A DNA stretch of 10,839 nucleotides from a bacterium. GTDB taxonomy: Bacteria > Zhuqueibacterota > Zhuqueibacteria > Oceanimicrobiales > Oceanimicrobiaceae. The position numbers and the translations under genes are program-made. Positions 1 through 6,526 of this stretch are shown one piece after another. The stretch lies in NCBI GenBank assembly GCA_037446635.1, contig JBBIIG010000027.1, positions 1 to 10,839 of the forward strand, written 5' to 3'. The notes beneath the pieces are model-generated. The model saw only the letters and a program-made list of their open reading frames with translations. It was not told the DNA's origin and ran no database searches. Positions within the stretch are counted from its first letter, which is position 1. Each line of letters begins with the position of its first letter.

Positions 1-18
1 CCACCTCCTATATTATGA

Positions 19-140
19 GTCGCAATCCAGTAACTCACCTGGAAATCATTCCCACGCTAGAAACGGGCGGACGAAGGAGGGAAACTCCGGCCGTGCCACA
101 CGTGTCGCAATCCAGTAACTCACCTGGAAATCATTCCCAC
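19..140 (-). CRISPR. CRISPR array, leader-proximal end: two identical 37-bp repeats (19-55, 104-140) separated by a 48-nt spacer (56-103); probably continues beyond the left edge
   Basis: Exact direct repeat GTCGCAATCCAGTAACTCACCTGGAAATCATTCCCAC occurs twice. On the minus strand it reads GTGGGAATGATTTCCAGGTGAGTTACTGGATTGCGAC, with a TCCAG/CTGGA stem and a 3' end ATTGCGAC resembling the ATTGAAAC-type 8-nt Cas6 handle. It lies just downstream of cas1-cas2. Orientation is inferred from the 3' end and the leader position. Confidence 0.92.
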
Positions 141-225
141 AGACCCGCTCTGCCCCTTTTGGAAAACAATGGCTTGTAGCCATAGTTTCGATTCCGTGGG
201 GTTTTCCATCCTCTCTGTTGAAAAA

Positions 226-255
226 ATCATAGCGAAAAATCCTTCAAAATGCCAC
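226..255 (-). promoter_or_regulatory. Possible sigma70-type promoter for the array (-35 GTGGCA, 18 nt, -10 TATGAT)
   Basis: On the minus strand TATGAT (231-226) matches TATAAT at 5/6 and GTGGCA (255-250) matches TTGACA at 4/6, pointing toward the array. Weak evidence in an AT-rich region. Confidence 0.3.
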
Positions 256-284
256 TAAAATTTTTCCTATCCTCAATCATGTTC

Positions 285-305
285 TCGAAGTAGATAATAC
301 TTCGA
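285..305. promoter_or_regulatory. Perfect 8-bp inverted repeat TCGAAGTA-N5-TACTTCGA in the leader; possible operator
   Basis: The dyad symmetry is seen directly; the function is inferred. Confidence 0.35.
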
Positions 306-437
306 TTAGCTATCAAGGTGGTTAAACATTAAAAATGCTAATAGGTTGTGTAGTCAAATTCCGATCCCAGCTCGCTGTTCGTTTTATGGCCATCGAAAAT
401 CGGGTTTAGTCCGGAGTTATTTCTTAACTTGTCGCGT

Positions 438-713
438 TCACACCACAACCACGTCTGTTTCTTCCCATCCTCTTTTGATGCCAACTGATTCGATGACTTT
501 GGAGCATTCATCACAGAGCCGGTAGATGCGCAGGCTATCTTTTTTTTCATCGACAAATTTTAGCGCTTGCTTTTTCATTTCCTGCAATTGCTTTTTGTTA
601 AGATTACACTCGAAGACGCTATATTGCACGCGCGTGCCAAAGTTGAGCAAGGTCTTGGCGAGCTTCGTGCGCTTTTTGTCTTCGACAATGTCATACGATA
701 CGACAATCTGCAT
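438..713 (-). CDS. cas2: CRISPR-associated endoribonuclease Cas2
   Basis: 91 aa with the N-terminal 'VVSYDI' motif, 'RVQYSVFEC' and 'DSLRIY'. RBS AAGGAG lies upstream of the ATG; the gene follows cas1. Confidence 0.97.
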   Translation of the reverse strand: MQIVVSYDIVEDKKRTKLAKTLLNFGTRVQYSVFECNLNKKQLQEMKKQALKFVDEKKDSLRIYRLCDECSKVIESVGIKRGWEETDVVVV

Positions 714-739
714 GGTTCTCCTTGTTTAAAAGTGGCGTA

Positions 740-779
740 GCAGAGGCAGTGGCAGGGCTGCTGCGGCCACTGCTTCTGC
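740..779. repeat. GC-rich 14-bp stem-loop in the cas1-cas2 intergenic region, built from GCAGNN hexamers
   Basis: Arms GCAGAGGCAGTGGC (740-753) and GCCACTGCTTCTGC (766-779) are complementary at 13/14 positions, with a 12-nt loop. Confidence 0.75.
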
Positions 780-786
780 GATTGAA

Positions 787-1785
787 CTACCATTTCATGG
801 CATAGGGTTGATAGATTTCGCGCATCTTGATGCTCTTGGACATGATGTTGACTTGCTCCCGAATGAGCTCGCGAAAGTTCGTTGGCTTTGCTTCAGAGGC
901 GAGTTTTATCGGCTCGCGCATACGCTGTTCATAGAGGCGCAGGTATTTTTTGAATGCCGCGGGGGTTAGATAGATGCCTTTGTTTTCTACCGGTTGAAAA
1001 TCTTCGGCGGTGAAAAGTTGGTTATTGAACAGGTTCAAGGTGAAACGATCGATGAGCGGGTGCCGAAATTCTTCGACGATGTCTAAGGCCAGGGAGGGGC
1101 GGCCATAGACTACTTCGTGGAGAAAGCCGAGATAGGGATCCAAGCCTTTGGCAATGACTAGAGACAGCACTTCATTGGTCAACAGGGTGTAGCCCAGACT
1201 TAAAAGAGCATTGACTGGGTCCTTGGGCGGCCGTTTGGTGCGAGTTTCAAAACGGAGTTCTTTGCGAAACATACGGCCGTAAGCGTGGAAGTAAGTGGCG
1301 GTGCCGGTACCTTCGCAACCCATGAGGCTGTTTGAAGATATTTGATGTTCAAGTTTGGCGAGCATCTGGTCCAGGGTGGCGACCTCATTTGCAAACGATT
1401 CAGAGGGATTATTCTTTTGGTAAAGCAAGATGACGGCGCGGCCATTGCGGAGCTTGCCGCGTACAAGAGCCCGTTGCATGTCGAGCTGGAAGTCGTCGTC
1501 GTTGTGGCGCTCGTACTGGGCGAGGCGTTGAAAGATGTTCTTGGATTCCGTGGCTACCAAGCGCCCGCGTAACCTGGCGTTGTTGGTCAAAAATGCGACA
1601 TCGATTCCTTCTTTGAGAAGCACGTTGAGGGCTTGGGTGGTGAGCTGGACATTGCCGAAGATTAGTAGGCGCTCGGTTTTGATGAGTGGAATATGCATGA
1701 TGCGTTCGTTGCCCTTGGTAACTATCAAGTGCTGCGAAGATTGGCGGACCACTGCGCCTTGCTCGGTGATATACACTGTTGACAT
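787..1785 (-). CDS. cas1: CRISPR-associated endonuclease/integrase Cas1
   Basis: 332 aa: 'STVYITEQGA' start, 'LMGCEG' (catalytic Glu), 'RPPKDPVNALLSLGY', 'GLDPYLGFLH' (His) and 'SLALDIVEEFR' (Asp/Glu). Confidence 0.98.
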   Translation of the reverse strand: MSTVYITEQGAVVRQSSQHLIVTKGNERIMHIPLIKTERLLIFGNVQLTTQALNVLLKEGIDVAFLTNNARLRGRLVATESKNIFQRLAQYERHNDDDFQLDMQRALVRGKLRNGRAVILLYQKNNPSESFANEVATLDQMLAKLEHQISSNSLMGCEGTGTATYFHAYGRMFRKELRFETRTKRPPKDPVNALLSLGYTLLTNEVLSLVIAKGLDPYLGFLHEVVYGRPSLALDIVEEFRHPLIDRFTLNLFNNQLFTAEDFQPVENKGIYLTPAAFKKYLRLYEQRMREPIKLASEAKPTNFRELIREQVNIMSKSIKMREIYQPYAMKW

Positions 1786-1795
1786 AGTGGATTCC

Positions 1796-4750
1796 CTATA
1801 TCTCCATCACCCATCTGGTTTCGCCGTCGATCTTAATTCTCTTGAAGGTTCCGATCTCCGTGGTGAATTCACTCACGTTATGGTGGTCGCAAAGGGCATT
1901 CAGTTTTTGTTCGATATCCGAAATCTGTTGGTGAACATTGCGCTGGTCTCTTTTAAGCTTCAAATAGGTGGGAAAAAGGTCTTTGATTTCGGCAGCAGAA
2001 GGGTTAGCCACTGTAGTAGCTGTTGGCGCAGGCTTGGCAGATTCTTGACTGCCAGCAGCTACGTTAGTAGGGGCTGACGCCTTTGGCTTTGAAGGATTAC
2101 TGTCGACTTTGCTATTCGCTGTTGCCTCACGCGCCTTAATCTTGACAATCAATTCCGGATCGGCGTGCAGCACGGGTGACGGATAACTATTCTTGATTTG
2201 CTTGAACTGGCAACAGCAACCAACGACCGGCGTGATGTCGCTGTGGCGCTCGCGGATTCTTGGGCAGCTCAGGGGAAAGCCTTTGGCCCGTTGAATGAAT
2301 TTCTCCGTAATGCGATGATTGTAGTTGGTGGTCTGACTGATGATCTCGTGAATCGCCTGATGTCCAGCCGGTCCGAGATGTACCAGGGAACCAAGGACGG
2401 TTAGCCGCTCAATATGATTGAGCCATTTTGTGCGTTCTGCTTTTTCCTTGAAATGGCGAAGCACGTTGCATCCTTTAAAGACCCTATCGACTGCTTCGCG
2501 TTCTGCAGGCGCGGCCTCGACGGTTGGCAAAGATCGTGGAGATTTCAGCTTTTCGAATGCGGTACGGAATACGGCGTGCGGGACCAATTCGATGGAATGA
2601 AGATAAGCAAGTTGATCTTTAGCAGGTTGTCCATCGTTATTAAGAAACCAGCAGCGTCGGTTGGTGAGTTTGTGAATGCCCAGCGGAAGTTTGACCATCG
2701 CTCCCAGCTCTTTCGGGTCGACACGCGGTTGCTTGGGAAACACTTCGCGAATGAGGCCCGGTGGAGGGGGGCCAGCGGCTGCCAGAATTTTCTTTGAAAA
2801 GATCAGCACATCCCGAGCCGGCACCGGTTCATTGAAAAAGAGCCAGAGGTGCATACCTTTGAATCCCGAATCTTCGGGATAAGATTTCATGCCAACTTCC
2901 AACAGCGCATCGCGAACGCGAGCGACATCCGACCAAAGAAGTTTCCGCCATTCGCCAAGCTCTTCGTCGGTTACCGCCACGTCTGTGCGGGCTTGTTTGG
3001 TGATGTCAAAATCGATGATCATTTGCAAAACCGAATTATCGGAACGCATGAGGTAGTAACCTAAAGTCTGTTGGCCAGCCAGATGTTCTTTGATGTCATT
3101 ATCGAAAAGGGCGTGATAGACGGGCATGTAGCCAATTTTGCCGTCATCGGTTAGCCATTGCCGGGCAAAAACTCCTTCGCGTCCAGAAAAGAGTTTGGCA
3201 AAAACGGCGATGTCGGTCTCGGTGGGCTTCAATGTGGCACTTTCACCGGGCTGAGGACTTGATGGCTTCGCTGGCACGGGAGCGCTGGTCACGAGTTTTT
3301 TCATCCTGGGATCGAGTTGAACTGCCTTTTGGAAAGTCCTACGGGCTGCGCCGTGCAGAGCCATATTCTGCAGGGCTGTACCAAGAGCAAAATGAGCCGC
3401 AGCGCTCTTTGGCGAAATTTGAATAGCCTTCTGAAGATAACGAATGGCTTGGTCGTTGTGATGCCGAGAAAGGTAATAAAGCCCAAGACGATAGGCTGCG
3501 TCCGGATGTTCGGGGTTTTGCCGGAAAGCGGATAGATAGCTGTCGAGCGCCTCACTTTGCATGTCGAAGAGATCGCAGAGCAATCCCCATTGATAGTTTA
3601 CTTCAGCATCCTCCGAAGTCACCACCGGACTGGTACGCAATGCTTTGGAGGCGCGGCTGCGATCGCCAAGCTGGTATGCGAGCGCCGCCTGTAGAATTCT
3701 TTGGGGCATGGAGTTGCTATCGCCAGCGAATTTCTGTTCGACCTGGTTGAGAAGTTTAGCCCGGTCGGTTTCGTTTAATTGAAAATAGTTCAACCAGCCG
3801 CGCACGATGCTCTCGATCTTATCGTGTAAATCCGACTCCGAGTATTCCGCCGCCTTTTCAAGCACTTTGCCAACGCGCTCATTTAAGCGACGAACCGCTG
3901 GATCATCGGGCCGTTTGCCATGCTCATCAAAATAAAATCCGAGGAATGAGAAGCCATCACGTAGATGCCGGATGGAGGTCTTTTCGCAATTGAATTTCAG
4001 ATGAACGTCGCGGATGCATTCTTCGGCACGGGCAAACGCGTTCTTCGCTTCGTCCTCGGCGTGGCAGAGAATGAGAATGTTGTCGGAGTAACGAATGTAA
4101 TTCCACTGGGCACGGAACATGCGGTCGTCCAGGGGATGAAGATAAATATTGGAAAGCAACGGGGCGAGCACCATGCCCTGAGCCATGCCTTTGCCATCAC
4201 TGCCGTTCATGGCATTGAGGGAGAGTTTAATCAAGTGAAGCACACGCTTCTCCGAGATGGTCTCCCCAACACGAGCGAGGAGCAGTTGGCGATCAACTTC
4301 ATCAAAGAAGTTTTCGATATCCGCGTTAACGACCCACACCCGGCCGCGTTTGAGATTTCGCTCCACACGGTCAATGGCCTGCAGGGAAGATTTTCCCGGT
4401 CGATAAGCATAACTGCAGTTGAGAAACATTTTCTCGAAAATAGGTTGGACGACCTGTAACAGAGCTTGCTGGACGACCCGATCGCGAACGCTGGGAATGC
4501 GCAAGGTGCGCTCTTTGCCGGATTCTTTTTTGTGGGTGAAAGTCAGGTATGGCAGGGGTTCATAAGTACCTTCGACTACCAGCGTTCGCAGCAATGCGAG
4601 ATTATCATGAATGTTCTTTTCGAAGTCGTCAATGGAGACTCGATCCAAACCCGGAGCGCCGAGGTTCCCGCGCACCTTTTGCCAGGCGAGATAGAAATTT
4701 TCTTCGTTGGTGAAGTTTTGGAAAATGGCTTCGCTCACAAACGCACCCAA
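1796..4750 (-). CDS. Reverse transcriptase-TPR-primase/polymerase (AEP) fusion; RT-fused CRISPR-associated primase-polymerase (CAPP-like)
   Basis: N-terminal group II intron-like RT: 'AWQKVRGNLGAPGLD', 'RTLRIPSVRDRVVQQAL', 'SYAYRPGKS', 'ADIENFFD', 'QGMVLAPLLSNIYL', 'RYSDN', 'FSFLGF', thumb 'RGWLNYF'. Then TPR repeats ('AAYRLGLYYL...AIRYLQKAIQISPKSAAAHFALG...AVQLDP'), an AEP domain ('FSGREGVFARQW', 'IIDFD', 'EDSGFKGMHLW', 'EVFPKQ', 'KLPLGIH'), a Cys-containing C-terminal domain and a coiled-coil tail. The start is uncertain (TTG 4750 or GTG 4738). Confidence 0.9.
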   Translation of the reverse strand: MGAFVSEAIFQNFTNEENFYLAWQKVRGNLGAPGLDRVSIDDFEKNIHDNLALLRTLVVEGTYEPLPYLTFTHKKESGKERTLRIPSVRDRVVQQALLQVVQPIFEKMFLNCSYAYRPGKSSLQAIDRVERNLKRGRVWVVNADIENFFDEVDRQLLLARVGETISEKRVLHLIKLSLNAMNGSDGKGMAQGMVLAPLLSNIYLHPLDDRMFRAQWNYIRYSDNILILCHAEDEAKNAFARAEECIRDVHLKFNCEKTSIRHLRDGFSFLGFYFDEHGKRPDDPAVRRLNERVGKVLEKAAEYSESDLHDKIESIVRGWLNYFQLNETDRAKLLNQVEQKFAGDSNSMPQRILQAALAYQLGDRSRASKALRTSPVVTSEDAEVNYQWGLLCDLFDMQSEALDSYLSAFRQNPEHPDAAYRLGLYYLSRHHNDQAIRYLQKAIQISPKSAAAHFALGTALQNMALHGAARRTFQKAVQLDPRMKKLVTSAPVPAKPSSPQPGESATLKPTETDIAVFAKLFSGREGVFARQWLTDDGKIGYMPVYHALFDNDIKEHLAGQQTLGYYLMRSDNSVLQMIIDFDITKQARTDVAVTDEELGEWRKLLWSDVARVRDALLEVGMKSYPEDSGFKGMHLWLFFNEPVPARDVLIFSKKILAAAGPPPPGLIREVFPKQPRVDPKELGAMVKLPLGIHKLTNRRCWFLNNDGQPAKDQLAYLHSIELVPHAVFRTAFEKLKSPRSLPTVEAAPAEREAVDRVFKGCNVLRHFKEKAERTKWLNHIERLTVLGSLVHLGPAGHQAIHEIISQTTNYNHRITEKFIQRAKGFPLSCPRIRERHSDITPVVGCCCQFKQIKNSYPSPVLHADPELIVKIKAREATANSKVDSNPSKPKASAPTNVAAGSQESAKPAPTATTVANPSAAEIKDLFPTYLKLKRDQRNVHQQISDIEQKLNALCDHHNVSEFTTEIGTFKRIKIDGETRWVMEI

Positions 4751-4777
4751 AATTTATTTGAACAATCAGCTGGCTTT

Positions 4778-4841
4778 GACTGCGACTGCTACTGCTGCTG
4801 CCACTGCCACTGCTACTGCTACTGATCCTTACTGCCACTGG
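4778..4841. repeat. Degenerate hexamer tandem repeat (NACTGC)n, i.e. (GCAGTN)n on the coding strand
   Basis: gactgc gactgc tactgc tgctgc cactgc cactgc tactgc tactga (4778-4825), then tcct, then tactgc cactgg (4830-4841) overlapping the last cas6 codons. Confidence 0.9.
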
Positions 4842-5845
4842 ATTTCAAACTTTCCCATTCCAAAGGCCGTTTTGTTGCCGATATGCAAGTGTTGGCCAAG
4901 CATGATGAGAGACAAAAATGGTTGGATTTGTCCCTGGTATGTAACGGTTCCCACGAAGCCGCGAAACTTCATGCGCTGCTGCTGACGATTGGAGTAGCGT
5001 TCCCAATCCTGCCATTCCAGGCGTTTTTCAACTGTGCGCACCGTGGCAATTGCCGAGTCGATAAGATGATGATAATCCAAATTCCACAGCTGGCCGCAAT
5101 GGATTTTGGCCAATTCAGAGGCCCGTGCCAACAACCTCCGCAGAAAAATATCGAACGAGGGCTCTGAAAGGCGTCCGTGATGCAGAAGATGAGTGGGCGT
5201 GAGGAAGCTCAAGTTTAGCGCGTGTCCCCGGTATTGCTCTGCGGCTTCAACGAATTCTTCGAAATTTCTGACCACCACCTGACCACTACCGGGCTCACTG
5301 TCGGACGAATAAACGATACTGCCGTCGGCATTGGTAACTTTTGCCAGAAGAAATCTTCCCTGCCCTTTGCCAATGCCAATCTCGCCTAATTTGTCAAAGG
5401 CGACCACAAAGGATTCCACCAGTTGAATCGCGCTGCCAAAGAGGGTGAGTTGAAATGACAAAGCCTCTCCCACCTCAAAAATCCGTTGCTCATTCAGCGG
5501 CGGCAGCAATACAAACGGATGCGGCAAGTTGTTGGCATGTAGCTCGCTATGCGGTCCCCAGGCTTTGGGCGTTTCGAAGATGTAGGAGTAAGCACACTGT
5601 TTTGGCATTCGGCAGTTCTTTTCACAAAACCTCTGCGATGGTCGCAGGCACCAGACTTGTTTCAAAGCATGGCCCAATCCGCCGCGAAACGTGGAGCCTT
5701 TATATTCCGGTAGTTCGATCCGGTCCTCGGCTTTCAGGTGAAAGGTGAAGCTGGCAAAAGAGAACGGAAGTTTTTCCAGGGAACCTGTGGGTTCAGGTTT
5801 AATCGCAGAATTGATCGAATCCGGTGTGGAATTTGTCGCTTTCAT
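4829..5845 (-). CDS. cas6: CRISPR pre-crRNA processing endoribonuclease Cas6 (RAMP), with a Cys-rich insert
   Basis: 'YKGSTFRGGLGHAL', a Cys cluster 'CLRPSQRFCEKNCRMPKQCAYSYIFE', 'PHPFVL', internal 'GIGKGQG' and the C-terminal G-rich loop 'HIGNKTAFGMG'. Start placed at ATG 5845 (MKATNS), just after the upstream stop at 5859, rather than 6268. Confidence 0.92.
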   Translation of the reverse strand: MKATNSTPDSINSAIKPEPTGSLEKLPFSFASFTFHLKAEDRIELPEYKGSTFRGGLGHALKQVWCLRPSQRFCEKNCRMPKQCAYSYIFETPKAWGPHSELHANNLPHPFVLLPPLNEQRIFEVGEALSFQLTLFGSAIQLVESFVVAFDKLGEIGIGKGQGRFLLAKVTNADGSIVYSSDSEPGSGQVVVRNFEEFVEAAEQYRGHALNLSFLTPTHLLHHGRLSEPSFDIFLRRLLARASELAKIHCGQLWNLDYHHLIDSAIATVRTVEKRLEWQDWERYSNRQQQRMKFRGFVGTVTYQGQIQPFLSLIMLGQHLHIGNKTAFGMGKFEIQWQ

Positions 5846-5858
5846 TCTGAACCCTTCA

Positions 5859-6515
5859 TTACGCGTTTGTCGAATGCCGGCTAACCAAAATTCCTTCCTG
5901 CGTTTTTGGTATAACTTTGTTGCCTGCATCATATTGTGAGCGAACGTATTGCGTATCCAATCTAGATTCCTCCGCCACCATGAACGCACCCACCGACATT
6001 GGTGTCGTGGCACCCGTGATATCGATGGCCATTTCTGTGTATGCCACGCCTTTACGAGCCAGCCACTTGAGCAGGGCTTCCATCTTATCGCGCACGTCAA
6101 GTATATCCCAAGGATCGACAATCTCTTTTTGAACACGCTCAGTCGGGAGTTGGCAAATCGTGATGATTTCACTCGCAACAGATTCGCTCTGCCGTGAACA
6201 CAAAAGGCCAACCCATTCCGGCTTTTGAGTTTGGATAGCAAATACGGCTGTTTCCTTTTGTCCACCAATAGTAAGTATCAATCCGCGGCGTGGAACCAGG
6301 AAAGCCTCACCTGTACCGACAGGTGTCATCCGTTTACGCCTCAAACGTTCGACTAACCAAAATACAGCGGTCAAGAGCACCAGCCCACCCAATCCTGTGC
6401 TTGACAACACAGCCCAGTCTCTTGCCAGCGCCGCACCAACGAGGCTTTGCAGCCAAACTCCGGCAATGAGCAATTCCATCCAACGGGTGCGCAGAAAGTG
6501 AAGTAGATCGTTCAT
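5859..6515 (-). CDS. Transmembrane-CARF protein (Cam1-like type III ancillary membrane effector)
   Basis: Two N-terminal hydrophobic segments followed by a basic patch (RLRRKR), then a Rossmann/CARF-like domain: 'RGLILTIG', 'PEWVGLLCS', 'IDITGATTPMSVGAF', 'TQYVRS'. No C-terminal enzymatic domain. Confidence 0.75.
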   Translation of the reverse strand: MNDLLHFLRTRWMELLIAGVWLQSLVGAALARDWAVLSSTGLGGLVLLTAVFWLVERLRRKRMTPVGTGEAFLVPRRGLILTIGGQKETAVFAIQTQKPEWVGLLCSRQSESVASEIITICQLPTERVQKEIVDPWDILDVRDKMEALLKWLARKGVAYTEMAIDITGATTPMSVGAFMVAEESRLDTQYVRSQYDAGNKVIPKTQEGILVSRHSTNA

Positions 6516-6526
6516 ATAGTATACCC

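Larger units (their letters stand above)
141..337 (-). promoter_or_regulatory. CRISPR leader region
   Basis: AT-rich non-coding stretch with A/T runs between cas2 and the first repeat; no further repeat copy lies to the right of 140. The right boundary is approximate. Confidence 0.7.

Noticed and set aside
1..18. CCAC at 1-4 equals the last four bases of the repeat, implying a 14-nt mini-spacer
   Set aside because: A 4-nt match at the window edge is not significant; 1-18 is more simply the end of a normal spacer. Flanking sequence is needed to decide.
56..103. Self-targeting of the spacer within the window, or a ribozyme-like fold
   Set aside because: No match found by eye in the window, and the hammerhead core CUGANGA is absent.
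338..556. 72-aa minus-strand ORF overlapping the cas2 3' half and extending toward the leader
   Set aside because: Alternative frame over cas2 with no motif or convincing RBS.
1535..2077. 180-aa plus-strand ORF, and other antisense ORFs such as 3965-4459 and 7566-7958
   Set aside because: Antisense to well-supported cas genes, with no recognisable motifs.
3780..4750. Group II intron, retron or DGR as the source of the RT
   Set aside because: No domain V/VI-like intron RNA follows the RT, no msr/msd or TR/VR pair was seen, and the RT runs in frame into TPR-AEP within a cas operon.
4751..4831. cas6 and the RT-PrimPol ORF are in the same frame, suggesting a read-through or broken Cas6-RT fusion
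   Set aside because: Besides the cas6 TAA there are two more in-frame stops (TGA, TAA) in the 78-nt gap, and being in frame has a 1-in-3 chance.
4629..4985. Short ORFs with poly-Ser/Gly, Ala-Thr or Cys-x repeats (4629-4838 -, 4707-4985 +, end of 4466-4825 +)
   Set aside because: They are translations of the hexamer repeat and overlap real genes.
5846..6268. 141-aa N-terminal extension of Cas6 in the ORF track
   Set aside because: It overlaps the TM-CARF gene in another frame and looks like shadow-frame sequence; ATG 5845 follows the upstream stop by 13 nt.
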